DNA from: a phage
Sequence record: PZ386957.1
Direction: 5' to 3' (one strand)
DNA length: 64,000 nt
The notes below the pieces were generated by a model. That model did not search any database. It was not told where the DNA came from and worked only from the letters and a program-made list of their open reading frames with translations. The position numbers and the translations under genes were made by a program. Shown in pieces: positions 39,191 through 47,256 of this stretch; the first letter of the stretch is position 1, and every line of letters begins with the position of its first letter.

Positions 39191-39472
39191 TTATTCGTGA
39201 TTAGTTTCGATGTTATACATTTTGCACCAGTTCAGCCAATCACCCAGATCCTGATAGTTGATGCTTTTATCTGCTGCCATCGTTTTTGTCTTGATACCCA
39301 TATGTGCGTTATGAGTAACCATTTTTACAGTGAACTCAATTTTATCGCCTTTGGCCTTAACATCAACCAGTTTGGTCCACTGGCTACCAGCGCCGCGAAT
39401 GTTCATACCAACGATGTTTCCGATGTATGCTTCTTTGTTTTTCAGGATTTCGGTTGCTTTGATGAATTTCAT
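39191..39472 (-). CDS. Hypothetical protein (93 aa)
   Basis: ORF with RBS and own promoter. Confidence 0.65.
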   Translation of the reverse strand: MKFIKATEILKNKEAYIGNIVGMNIRGAGSQWTKLVDVKAKGDKIEFTVKMVTHNAHMGIKTKTMAADKSINYQDLGDWLNWCKMYNIETNHE

Positions 39473-39505
39473 TTTTGATTCTCCAGTTCGTTTCGGTATG
39501 GGTGT

Positions 39506-39534
39506 ATTATGCTATGTTCTTACTTTGGTGTCAA
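39506..39534 (-). promoter_or_regulatory. Early promoter cassette (TTGACA-17-CATAAT)
   Basis: Shares the extended conserved context AAAAAGTTGTTGACA ... CATCGAAAC with the other cassettes. Confidence 0.65.
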
Positions 39535-39542
39535 CAACTTTT

Positions 39543-39812
39543 TTAGATATTTTCAGAAATAAATTTTAAAACTTGACGTAAATGTTTCTCATCTTTGATA
39601 GTCGCCGGAAGTTCTTCTTTTACTTCCTGTGCAAGATAGATATTGCCGTTCCAAGTGAAAGATCCGTCTTCGTTTACGCGGTAGCTGAACATCCACTCGC
39701 AATCATTTTCGACTTCATAAACACACAGAAGGGTGTAATCATTAAAGTTATTGATTTCAAGGTCGAGGCCGTGACGTTTTGCAAAGTTGGTAGTGGTTTT
39801 AGTCAATGCCAT
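39543..39812 (-). CDS. Hypothetical protein (89 aa)
   Basis: ORF with GGAGAATC RBS and own promoter. Confidence 0.65.
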   Translation of the reverse strand: MALTKTTTNFAKRHGLDLEINNFNDYTLLCVYEVENDCEWMFSYRVNEDGSFTWNGNIYLAQEVKEELPATIKDEKHLRQVLKFISENI

Positions 39813-39852
39813 TGTTTGATTCTCCTAAGTAGTATCTCGTTTCGATGGGTGT

Positions 39853-39881
39853 ATTATGATATAGGCGTGATCTGGTGTCAA
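39853..39881 (-). promoter_or_regulatory. Early promoter cassette (TTGACA-17-CATAAT)
   Basis: Consensus context as above. Confidence 0.65.
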
Positions 39882-39910
39882 CAACTTTTTTAAAATTTAG
39901 GCAATAAAAA

Positions 39911-39928
39911 GCCGACACTAAGGTCGGC
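39911..39928 (-). terminator. Terminator GCCGACC-TTAG-TGTCGGC + T-run (repeated at 40413)
   Basis: Hairpin followed by TTTTTATTGC on minus strand; the ~35-bp terminator block recurs identically at 40413-40430. Confidence 0.7.
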
Positions 39929-39933
39929 ACATT

Positions 39934-40188
39934 TTAAAAATTCTTGCTATATATGCAAGCCTCATAATCTAGAGGATGACCGCCAATCCTACCAGGCTTA
40001 ATATTCCAACCGCATCGATATTTGCTGACCATGCTAACCGTTTCGGTTCTTAGAGCATTTCTTTGCAAATCATACCCCCTAAATTCTTGTCTATAAGGAC
40101 AGTCCGCTTTGCAAGTTGGCGGTTCTACGTCATTTAGCGGGTCAGAAGCAGTTGGCTTTATTATCAATTCTTTGTTTGCAATAATCAT
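39934..40188 (-). CDS. Hypothetical Cys-containing protein; start uncertain, overlaps upstream ORF in another frame
   Basis: Track ORF 39934-40251; first ATG at 40188 lies inside the ORF ending at 40142, with no clear RBS. Confidence 0.4.
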   Translation of the reverse strand: MIIANKELIIKPTASDPLNDVEPPTCKADCPYRQEFRGYDLQRNALRTETVSMVSKYRCGWNIKPGRIGGHPLDYEACIYSKNF

Positions 40189-40321
40189 AAGCACATCCCA
40201 TTGAAGGCAATTTAACATCTTCGCAATAAGTGTTGAATCCGTCAAATACAATCACTTCGTATTTGACTCCATCGGCGATAGCTTTTACTTTATACCATCC
40301 ATGCTTGTATAAAATCTTCAT
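40142..40321 (-). CDS. Small Cys-rich protein (59 aa)
   Basis: ATG at 40321 with GAGGGAAA RBS downstream of promoter 40355-40383. Confidence 0.6.
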   Translation of the reverse strand: MKILYKHGWYKVKAIADGVKYEVIVFDGFNTYCEDVKLPSMGCAYDYCKQRIDNKANCF

Positions 40322-40354
40322 CTTTATTTCCCTCAATCTCGTTTCGATGGGTGT

Positions 40355-40383
40355 ATTATGCTATACACAGGATCTAGTGTCAA
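40355..40383 (-). promoter_or_regulatory. Early promoter cassette (TTGACA-17-CATAAT)
   Basis: Consensus context. Confidence 0.65.
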
Positions 40384-40412
40384 CAACTTTTTAAAATTTT
40401 ATGCAATAAAAA

Positions 40413-40430
40413 GCCGACACTAAGGTCGGC
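40413..40430 (-). terminator. Terminator (second copy of the 39911 hairpin block)
   Basis: Identical hairpin and flanks. Confidence 0.7.
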
Positions 40431-40438
40431 TAATAAAA

Positions 40439-40747
40439 TCATTTAGACAAATAATCATTCTGTGCAATCCGGTCAGCATGTTCCGGCGTTACGTCAATCG
40501 CAATCACTTTAACGCGTGCTTTCTTGCGACCTGGGTTTTCTCGTAACCAGTGCTCATGACCGTGAACATTTTTATACTGCGATGCTTCTTCGAAGGTACG
40601 GATCGGACCTGGGTAATCAGCGTAAAGGATCTCTAGATCTTCGGTGATGTAAAAATATACATCGTAATTGCTGTTCTCTAGCTTAAGCAGAGACTTTCGG
40701 AACATTGGGAGATTTTCGCGGGTAAATTCAAAGATATTATCTTTCAT
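40439..40747 (-). CDS. HxHW-motif family protein, paralog 1
   Basis: 102 aa; YFYITEDLEI...HGHEHW...VIAIDV. Confidence 0.7.
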   Translation of the reverse strand: MKDNIFEFTRENLPMFRKSLLKLENSNYDVYFYITEDLEILYADYPGPIRTFEEASQYKNVHGHEHWLRENPGRKKARVKVIAIDVTPEHADRIAQNDYLSK

Positions 40748-40797
40748 AGTATTATCCTCAATAGTTGGATGAAAAGGGGGCTTAACGCCCCCATATA

Positions 40798-41085
40798 TTA
40801 AAACAGCCCTTCCTGTACACCGTAGTAGAGTTCGTCACTGATAATTTCATTAATGCGACGGTGTGCATATTCCTGATTTGCGAAGTTGTCAGCAAGTTCT
40901 ACTTTAGTTTCGCCGTCATGAGTCCATTTAGTGATAACTTTACCATCTGCAAATTTGAAGTTGAACTCTTTAGCTACTGCATCGCGTACCAGACGTGCAA
41001 ACTTGTTGTTACGGATTGCATTATCGGTTTCGTGTGCAGCGTGAGCAAATTTGTTAACTTTCAGCGTGATAGTGATGTATGCCAT
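40798..41085 (-). CDS. Hypothetical protein (95 aa)
   Basis: ORF with GGAGAAT RBS. Confidence 0.65.
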   Translation of the reverse strand: MAYITITLKVNKFAHAAHETDNAIRNNKFARLVRDAVAKEFNFKFADGKVITKWTHDGETKVELADNFANQEYAHRRINEIISDELYYGVQEGLF

Positions 41086-41131
41086 AATTTGATTCTCCTA
41101 GTTAGAAAGTGTATCTCGTTTCGATGGGTGT

Positions 41132-41160
41132 ATTATGCTATACACCCGATCTTATGTCAA
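41132..41160 (-). promoter_or_regulatory. Early promoter cassette (TTGACA-17-CATAAT)
   Basis: Consensus context. Confidence 0.65.
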
Positions 41161-41166
41161 CACTTT

Positions 41167-41445
41167 TTATAAAATAATTTTTTGATATTTTTCTATGATG
41201 TTTGTGTAGGTCACGTCAACCGCTAGCACCGTTGCTTCGAATCCACCGTTTAACCAATGGCTATGATCATGGTCGTGAAAGAAACCTAGACCAGTACGAA
41301 GACCTTCTTTATATTCTGCGCGTACATTCAGTTTGTCGTCGATAAACAGATAAAACCATGAATTTTTACTAGGATTGATGATACAACCTTTCAGATTAGG
41401 GAGAATATCACGACTAAGAATAAACTTATCACCTACTTTGAACAT
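41167..41445 (-). CDS. HxHW-motif family protein, paralog 2
   Basis: 92 aa from ATG at 41445 (GTGAGGA RBS); FYLFIDDKL...HDHDHSHW...VLAVDV. Confidence 0.7.
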   Translation of the reverse strand: MFKVGDKFILSRDILPNLKGCIINPSKNSWFYLFIDDKLNVRAEYKEGLRTGLGFFHDHDHSHWLNGGFEATVLAVDVTYTNIIEKYQKIIL

Positions 41446-41449
41446 AATA

Positions 41450-41770
41450 TTAGTCCTCACTTATAAGGTCAAACCAATTGTTTTTCGCATAATGCTTAAT
41501 GCGTGCTTGATCTGCTTCCGATGGTGATAGATTCCATGCAACCACTACAACTTCTGACGCATCGTCATCCGTTTCTGATACCCAATGATTGTGATTCATA
41601 CAGTTATTTGCTATCGAGTGAGCAAATGATTTCATCACTGGAGACGTATAATCATAGTAACGGATTTTCAGATTTTCATCAACGTACAAATAGATCGTAT
41701 AAGGTTTATATTCAGTAACCAGTAACAGACAGTTACGCAATTCTGGGAAAATATTTTTAGTTAATTTCAT
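41450..41770 (-). CDS. HxHW-motif family protein, paralog 3
   Basis: 106 aa; IYLYVDENL...MNHNHW...VVVAWN. Confidence 0.65.
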   Translation of the reverse strand: MKLTKNIFPELRNCLLLVTEYKPYTIYLYVDENLKIRYYDYTSPVMKSFAHSIANNCMNHNHWVSETDDDASEVVVVAWNLSPSEADQARIKHYAKNNWFDLISED

Positions 41771-41972
41771 ATTCTAGTTCTCCGTAATACACGGTAATCC
41801 ATTTTTCTTCATACTTTGTATCTTTCCAACACACAATCCCGTTTACTGTGCAATCTTTGGAATTGACGAATGATTCATATTGTTCTGCATCTTCCATCAT
41901 TGCATGAGCGGTCTTTTCATCGAATATATCGCAGATCGCTTTATATGCTCGATAATCTTTAAATTTGCTCAT
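41757..41972 (-). CDS. Small protein, tandem paralog a (MSKFKDY...)
   Basis: 71 aa from ATG at 41972; about 50% identical to the adjacent 41975-42184 product. Confidence 0.6.
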   Translation of the reverse strand: MSKFKDYRAYKAICDIFDEKTAHAMMEDAEQYESFVNSKDCTVNGIVCWKDTKYEEKWITVYYGELEYEIN

Positions 41973-41974
41973 AA

Positions 41975-42184
41975 TTAAGACCACTCAAGAGTTTTTGAAA
42001 ACACATCTATCCATTGTTGAGTATATGCGGTTTCTTTCCATGATACAATACCAGTCGAATAATGGTTTTTGTTTCCAGAAAAGGACGGGCATTTTGAGGC
42101 ATCTTCCATCATCTTTTCGGCGAACTCTGGTTCGTATACTCGCAAGATCTGTTGATATGCTTTATAATCTTTAAATTTGCTCAT
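41975..42184 (-). CDS. Small protein, tandem paralog b (MSKFKDY...)
   Basis: 69 aa; shares MSKFKDYxAY...MMEDA...GIVxWKxTxY with the neighbour. Confidence 0.6.
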   Translation of the reverse strand: MSKFKDYKAYQQILRVYEPEFAEKMMEDASKCPSFSGNKNHYSTGIVSWKETAYTQQWIDVFSKTLEWS

Positions 42185-42449
42185 AATTGTTAACTACCTT
42201 ATCAGCTTCTTTTATTGTTTTTACATCAACTGCGATAATCCGTAAAGGTTCGTCGAAGGTCCACCAATGATCGTGAATATCGGCTTGTGATTTATCACCA
42301 AAGGAATCACGAATATCATTTTTACATTTATAGCCAATGTGACCTTCATAGTCAACATAAAGGTAATTATCGAAAATCGGCGTTTTTAAGATCATACCGA
42401 AAAATCTTTCTTTGTGTGTCTTATCCAGTGTTGCAGTAATTCTCATCAT
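42171..42449 (-). CDS. HxHW-motif family protein, paralog 4
   Basis: 92 aa; YLYVDYEG...IHDHWW...IIAVDV; AGAGGAA RBS. Confidence 0.7.
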   Translation of the reverse strand: MMRITATLDKTHKERFFGMILKTPIFDNYLYVDYEGHIGYKCKNDIRDSFGDKSQADIHDHWWTFDEPLRIIAVDVKTIKEADKVVNNYEQI

Positions 42450-42461
42450 AATATATTCCTC

Positions 42462-42641
42462 TTAGAAAGGGATGGTCATTTCTTGAGCTTGTACATTCTC
42501 GTTAGGATTAAACTTCATCCAACCGATATTGTCTACCAGCATATGCACATTTTTATCATATCCTACGTGAGTAGTCAACACTAAATGTGTTTTACCTTCA
42601 ACGATGATTTCCATGTACTTCTGAACTTCGATAGCTTTCAT
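42462..42641 (-). CDS. Small protein (59 aa), below the ORF-track length cutoff
   Basis: ATG at 42641 with GGAGA RBS, 33 nt downstream of promoter 42674-42702. Confidence 0.5.
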   Translation of the reverse strand: MKAIEVQKYMEIIVEGKTHLVLTTHVGYDKNVHMLVDNIGWMKFNPNENVQAQEMTIPF

Positions 42642-42673
42642 TTTGATTCTCCGTTTGTTGTCTTGATGGGAGT

Positions 42674-42702
42674 ATCTTACTACTCCCTTTAATCATTGTC
42701 AA
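42674..42702 (-). promoter_or_regulatory. Early promoter cassette (TTGACA-17-TAAGAT) with GGGAGT...ACTCCC palindrome
   Basis: -35 consensus, weaker -10, palindromic spacer. Confidence 0.5.
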
Positions 42703-42705
42703 CTA

Positions 42706-42873
42706 TTATTTGTTAATTTCCGGTGCGTTGCTCGGATAGTAACCTTCTTTAACACCCAGATATTTCGCAACCATTCCGGTGATCTTCTGTGCTACTACGA
42801 TATCGAATTTCAGGTAGTCTTCACCGTGGTTTGCTACAATGTATGCTTCGCATTCTGCTTTAGTCTGGAACAT
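42706..42873 (-). CDS. Small protein (55 aa)
   Basis: ATG at 42873 with AGGAGA RBS downstream of promoter 42908-42936. Confidence 0.55.
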   Translation of the reverse strand: MFQTKAECEAYIVANHGEDYLKFDIVVAQKITGMVAKYLGVKEGYYPSNAPEINK

Positions 42874-42907
42874 TTTTGATTCTCCTATATCTCGTTGGTA
42901 TGTGTGC

Positions 42908-42936
42908 ATTATAGGGGATCACCGATCCCCTGTCAA
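42908..42936 (-). promoter_or_regulatory. Early promoter cassette TTGACA-17-TATAAT with palindromic spacer GGGGATCGGTGATCCCC
   Basis: Perfect hexamers and GATC palindrome. Confidence 0.8.
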
Positions 42937-42943
42937 CAACTTT

Positions 42944-43252
42944 TTATTCTTCATCTTCAACTTTATCTTTATATGCGTATTTCATAAATTTGTCTGCTAC
43001 TTTGTCGGCCTTTTCTGGTTTGACGTCTGACGCCAGGACAATGGCTAGATCGGTTTCGTCGTTCCCACCATACCAGTGATTATGTGTGTCGTTTTCATCA
43101 ATATAGAATTTATCACCTTCGTAAGTTCGAGCAAATACATCTAAATTCCCATCGATGTAAAAGATCCAATCTTCGTAAAGAATAACCGTATTAGCAAGGT
43201 TCTTGTTGCCTTCAACGAAAGGTTCGGTTACAAACAAATTGGTACGTTCCAT
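42944..43252 (-). CDS. HxHW-motif family protein, paralog 5
   Basis: 102 aa; IFYIDGNL...THNHW...AIVLASDV; GAGGA RBS. Confidence 0.7.
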   Translation of the reverse strand: MERTNLFVTEPFVEGNKNLANTVILYEDWIFYIDGNLDVFARTYEGDKFYIDENDTHNHWYGGNDETDLAIVLASDVKPEKADKVADKFMKYAYKDKVEDEE

Positions 43253-43308
43253 AATATTATCCTCAAATTATGGGAGAGTATTACCCTCCCAATGATTGTT
43301 ATATTACA

Positions 43309-43629
43309 TTACACAAAATGGCGTGTCAATGCTTCTTTTGCTGTTCCGCTAAGACTTTCGATCTCGCCTGGCATAACATCAACTGCCAGAACTTCTACAA
43401 CATCCTCGGACCATAACCAGTGAGTATGACCTTTGTAGAACTTGATAACCAGACTACCTTCCTCGTCCCATTTAACGCTATCGCTAGCCCACCACACATC
43501 ACCGTCGATAAAGTTGATGTAAAGTACGCTACGCCACATAGAATTAGTTACTTTTAGGACCGCGCCTTTCATCTCTTCCACGGTGTGGTCTTCCATTTTG
43601 AAGACCTCGCCTACCTGAACTTTTGCCAT
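43309..43629 (-). CDS. HxHW-motif family protein, paralog 6
   Basis: 106 aa; LYINFIDGDV...GHTHW...VLAVDV; AGAGGTG RBS. Confidence 0.7.
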   Translation of the reverse strand: MAKVQVGEVFKMEDHTVEEMKGAVLKVTNSMWRSVLYINFIDGDVWWASDSVKWDEEGSLVIKFYKGHTHWLWSEDVVEVLAVDVMPGEIESLSGTAKEALTRHFV

Positions 43630-43646
43630 TTAGTCACCTCTCTTTA

Positions 43647-43826
43647 TTACATAACAATCACGCCAGCCGTTGAAAGTTGATGTTTCAGTTGAGCATTTTC
43701 TGCTACCGTCAAATCAATGATTTCTTGTGACGCTGCAATCATATAACCATTGGTGATATTGTTTTGCATCAGTTCAATGGTTTCTTCGTTGTAGCGGATT
43801 TTAGCGATGATTTCGTTGAAGTTCAT
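43647..43826 (-). CDS. Small protein (59 aa)
   Basis: ATG at 43826 with AGGAGAATC RBS downstream of promoter 43861-43890. Confidence 0.55.
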   Translation of the reverse strand: MNFNEIIAKIRYNEETIELMQNNITNGYMIAASQEIIDLTVAENAQLKHQLSTAGVIVM

Positions 43827-43860
43827 AATTGATTCTCCTAGTTCGTTTCGGTATGTGTGT

Positions 43861-43890
43861 AGTATAGGGGATCGGTGATCCCCTGTCAAC
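43861..43890 (-). promoter_or_regulatory. Early promoter cassette (TTGACA-18-TATACT) with palindromic spacer GGGGATCACCGATCCCC
   Basis: Consensus -35, imperfect -10, GATC palindrome. Confidence 0.6.
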
Positions 43891-43902
43891 AACTTTTTTG
43901 AA

Positions 43903-44379
43903 TTATTTTTCTTGATGCTCGCGCTCATACTTTTCGAAATAAAATTCTACTGGCTGGTCGTGGATTGACAGTAAGCCAAAGCGTTTAGCCGCGCGTAATC
44001 CCATGTTACGTTGAATGTACTTCTGGAAGTTCTCGCGTATACACTTACGCCAGTATTCTAAGCCCATACAGCTTTTATAAAGATTGCATTGCACACACGA
44101 CGGATTCATGTTATCAAGTATATCATGTTCCGGTTTATGCATTCCTACAACCTTATACTTCCACGATCCATCATCATTACGGGAAATTCGTCCATTTTCA
44201 TCATAGACTACTTTTGAGCGTCGCAATACTGGTTTGATGTGGTCTGCGTGCCAGCGATCCCCTAGTTCCTCGCCACAATAGGCACAACGTCCACCGTATT
44301 TCATTTTCAGGATCTGGCGTTGCTCTTTCTTTGACAATTTTTTAGGTTTAGGGGCTTTCGCCCCTTCATTATCACACAT
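43903..44379 (-). CDS. HNH endonuclease
   Basis: 158 aa; CAYCGEELGDRWHADHIKP (CxxC...HxDH) and later Cys pair; start overlaps DNA ligase stop. Confidence 0.75.
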   Translation of the reverse strand: MCDNEGAKAPKPKKLSKKEQRQILKMKYGGRCAYCGEELGDRWHADHIKPVLRRSKVVYDENGRISRNDDGSWKYKVVGMHKPEHDILDNMNPSCVQCNLYKSCMGLEYWRKCIRENFQKYIQRNMGLRAAKRFGLLSIHDQPVEFYFEKYEREHQEK

Positions 44380-45868
44380 CGAATACCTCTTTTACTGTAT
44401 TTGCAGTTGTCTTATCGTAGCGAATACGTTTGATGATTGGGAGAAATAACGAGAACTCCGGTTCATCTTCTTTACGTGACTTGCTGCGAATATACCCGTT
44501 ACATGTCATCTCAATGACTTTTCCAATCAGGTTATGACGATCAGACCATAGCATTTCTCGGTCTAGTTCATTTCGACGGTCAAACGGAATCACACGTTCA
44601 ATACCATCATCACCTTTTTCGGTTGTAGTGTCGGTTAATCCCGATCCGGTATTAGTCATCATTCGTCCACACGCACTACGGACAGTAAAACCGCCTACCT
44701 TATTAGGATCTTTACTATGCGGATATACATCAACAATTTCCGCATCGAAGTCAATCACTTCTTTAAATTTGACCTGATCTTTACTGCGACGATCTTCAAA
44801 TACGCCATGTAAATTTTTAAGGATAATGCCTTCTAAGCCCATGTTTACATAGCGATGATATACTTCGCGAGCTTCATCGATATTGTTAACTACAGTATTT
44901 TCGATTATCTGAACACGAGGATCGTTGAGTTCGTCAACAATCTGTTTTAGTTCTTCGAATCGATCTTTATATTGCTTCGTTGCTTTCTCATTTCCGTAGT
45001 ACACATCACGGTCGATAACATCCCAGACAGTGTAAACAATACACTGGGCTTCTTCTTTTGGAATAGTTCCTTTCAGTGATTTGTTGAGGATACCATTTCC
45101 GGTCTGACGATCTGCAACAACGGATTCTTTAACCGCTTCCGCTACTGGCGTTAATGGCATTTCCTCTTCTTCAAATATCCATGACAGAGTACCATCATAA
45201 ACGCTCTCAACGAAGTTCTGTGCTGGTGTTTGCGAAAGGGTAGGCATATATACCAATTCGCCATCTAGAACAATTCCACGGCCTCGTAGACGCTCTAAAA
45301 CAGCAAACAAATCATCAAGCCCCTGATAGGTATTGCCTGAACGGGTATAGATTGCTAATGTTTCCCCGTCAATGTCAGCCATCCCACGAGCGCCATCACT
45401 TTTAAGTTGTGCATACGCCGGATATTTGATATTAGCAATAGTCTTATCAGAATATGACGATGCAAGGTGACATGGTTGCTGAGGAATCAGTTTCTTCCAT
45501 ACCTTGTTTGCGGTAGTAGCGGAACAACCGCACTCCAGATCACGATTCAGGACCATCATTGCAACTTTAGCATCATCTTCTGACAAGCAAGTCAGAGTAT
45601 CGGTAACTAGCTGTAATGCAGCATTGCCAGTTACTTGACGCGTGGCAAGTTTATTTTTAAAGACCTGTAATGCACCGGATAAAGACAATACAGATGAATA
45701 ACGAGAAGGTTTATCGTATTTCTTTACGCCAAACGTAACCTGTTTGCAATATGCCAGATAAAAGCATTCTTTCAGCGTTTCATTGCTTGCAGATTCTTTC
45801 AGAATCTTTTCTTTCAGCGATGTTTTGTCCGTTGCCGAAAGCTGATTAATGATATTAAGAATTGACAT
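44372..45868 (-). CDS. 30: ATP-dependent DNA ligase
   Basis: 498 aa from ATG at 45868; KSDGARG adenylation motif and collinearity with T4 gp30 (TGNAA, DLECG, ANKVW, LDGELVY, NGIxNKSLKGTIxKEEAQ, GLEGIILKN). Confidence 0.93.
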   Translation of the reverse strand: MSILNIINQLSATDKTSLKEKILKESASNETLKECFYLAYCKQVTFGVKKYDKPSRYSSVLSLSGALQVFKNKLATRQVTGNAALQLVTDTLTCLSEDDAKVAMMVLNRDLECGCSATTANKVWKKLIPQQPCHLASSYSDKTIANIKYPAYAQLKSDGARGMADIDGETLAIYTRSGNTYQGLDDLFAVLERLRGRGIVLDGELVYMPTLSQTPAQNFVESVYDGTLSWIFEEEEMPLTPVAEAVKESVVADRQTGNGILNKSLKGTIPKEEAQCIVYTVWDVIDRDVYYGNEKATKQYKDRFEELKQIVDELNDPRVQIIENTVVNNIDEAREVYHRYVNMGLEGIILKNLHGVFEDRRSKDQVKFKEVIDFDAEIVDVYPHSKDPNKVGGFTVRSACGRMMTNTGSGLTDTTTEKGDDGIERVIPFDRRNELDREMLWSDRHNLIGKVIEMTCNGYIRSKSRKEDEPEFSLFLPIIKRIRYDKTTANTVKEVFDV

Positions 45869-46334
45869 TTTCACCTCGTTTTGTTAAACGTTCACGAATA
45901 TCATTGAGGATACTACAAAATTCTGATTCAGTCAATATAGTCTTTAATGGATCTGTTCCACCTATACTGTGACGCAATTTCTTATTTCCTGTAGCAAGCA
46001 ATGCTTTACAAAAATCTGGGTTATTCCGTGCCATCGTAACAAATGCCAGATGTACCAGTCTGTAATAATGCTCACTCATTCGATGAATCGGGCGACCCTG
46101 AAAATATAACATGTGATTCTCTATCTTTTCAGTCCTTCCGGTTCTTTTTGCTTTGCCACCGTGCATCAAAAAGATTTCTCTTTGTCTCTGAGGGTTCTTA
46201 AATCTTAACCCCTGTAAAAATCCTTCTGTGCTGTTAATATCGCAACCAAATAGACGGAATGGTCTTTTATTGAAATTACTCAACTCACCCGATGGATAAG
46301 GTCCACCAGCATAGATATCAATTTCAGAAGTCAT
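45855..46334 (-). CDS. NADAR (DUF1768/YbiA)-like protein
   Basis: 159 aa; N-terminal GELSNFNKRPFRLFGCDINSTEGFLQGLRF fits the NADAR signature (LSNF..PF...G..F.S.E...Q..KF). Confidence 0.55.
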   Translation of the reverse strand: MTSEIDIYAGGPYPSGELSNFNKRPFRLFGCDINSTEGFLQGLRFKNPQRQREIFLMHGGKAKRTGRTEKIENHMLYFQGRPIHRMSEHYYRLVHLAFVTMARNNPDFCKALLATGNKKLRHSIGGTDPLKTILTESEFCSILNDIRERLTKRGENVNS

Positions 46335-46488
46335 TGAAACTAATCTCGCTAATCAGAGAGAACGGATCATAATCGTCATGAGGAATATCGATAGTAATCG
46401 AATGAGGATTTACCCATACACCAAACTGGTCTTCTTCGGTGAATACTTCGGTATGAATTTCGTGGATGTTTACATTCATAGTTTTCAT
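46324..46488 (-). CDS. Small acidic protein (54 aa) overlapping the NADAR start
   Basis: ATG at 46488 with AAGGAA RBS; ends 11 nt inside the NADAR ORF. Confidence 0.45.
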   Translation of the reverse strand: MKTMNVNIHEIHTEVFTEEDQFGVWVNPHSITIDIPHDDYDPFSLISEISFNDF

Positions 46489-46540
46489 AATAAAAATTCC
46501 TTAATAATCAATAACTTACAAAATCATATAGCCAAAATAT

Positions 46541-46559
46541 AGGCGGGATTATTTCCCGC
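46541..46559 (-). terminator. Terminator after gene 31
   Basis: GGCGGGA-AATAA-TCCCGCC followed by T-rich sequence on minus strand. Confidence 0.6.
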
Positions 46560-46570
46560 CGTTTAAATCA

Positions 46571-46894
46571 TTAACCGTAAACTACCACAATATTCTGTTT
46601 GTGCGTTACAGTCCATTTCAGGTCGATCTCTTCTTCCTTCTTAACGCCGTTAATAACGTCTGGATGAGGAACTTTATTAAGTTTGCCATGAGGAAGCAGT
46701 ACAATTTTACCCAGCAATTCTTTATCTACATTCTCGCCAATATCAATGATTTTACCTACTAGCGGAATCTCACCCATAGTGCGCTTTTGCTCAATGATAA
46801 TACCCATAGAGCTTTTAACTTCGGTTCCTGCGCTTTCTGCTTTAGCTTCGATAATTACATAATCACCAAGTGCTTTAGGAGTTTTAACGGTCAT
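46571..46894 (-). CDS. 31: GroES-like co-chaperonin for capsid folding
   Basis: 107 aa; LPHGKLNKVPHP resembles T4 gp31 LPVGQIRNVPHP; position next to cd. Confidence 0.8.
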   Translation of the reverse strand: MTVKTPKALGDYVIIEAKAESAGTEVKSSMGIIIEQKRTMGEIPLVGKIIDIGENVDKELLGKIVLLPHGKLNKVPHPDVINGVKKEEEIDLKWTVTHKQNIVVVYG

Positions 46895-46935
46895 AATTTT
46901 ATTACCTCTTCAAATCAATACAGTTTAATGATGAA

Positions 46936-47256
46936 TTATTTATAAATTTCGACGATCTGCGCTGGAGCCAATCCGTCTACGTGAATCAGTGTATCAAGCC
47001 CGAAGCTACGAAAACCTTCAACTGCAATTTCATATACTGGCAAAGATGTTTCTGATTCTTTACGCGGTTTTTCAACATTCGGAACTAACCATTTTTCGTA
47101 TGTTTCAAATGGCATCAATGCTGGATCGCGAGTAGCAATCATATCTCGGACAGTACCATCTTTCTTAGTAAACTGTAAAGCGTGAGTACCTACCGAAAAC
47201 ATTTTCTTTAGTGCTTCACGAAGTACGATATTATCAATTTGTTCAATCATTATCAA
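46936..47256 (-). CDS. Hypothetical protein (106 aa)
   Basis: ORF between cd and gene 31. Confidence 0.6.
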   Translation of the reverse strand: MIMIEQIDNIVLREALKKMFSVGTHALQFTKKDGTVRDMIATRDPALMPFETYEKWLVPNVEKPRKESETSLPVYEIAVEGFRSFGLDTLIHVDGLAPAQIVEIYK

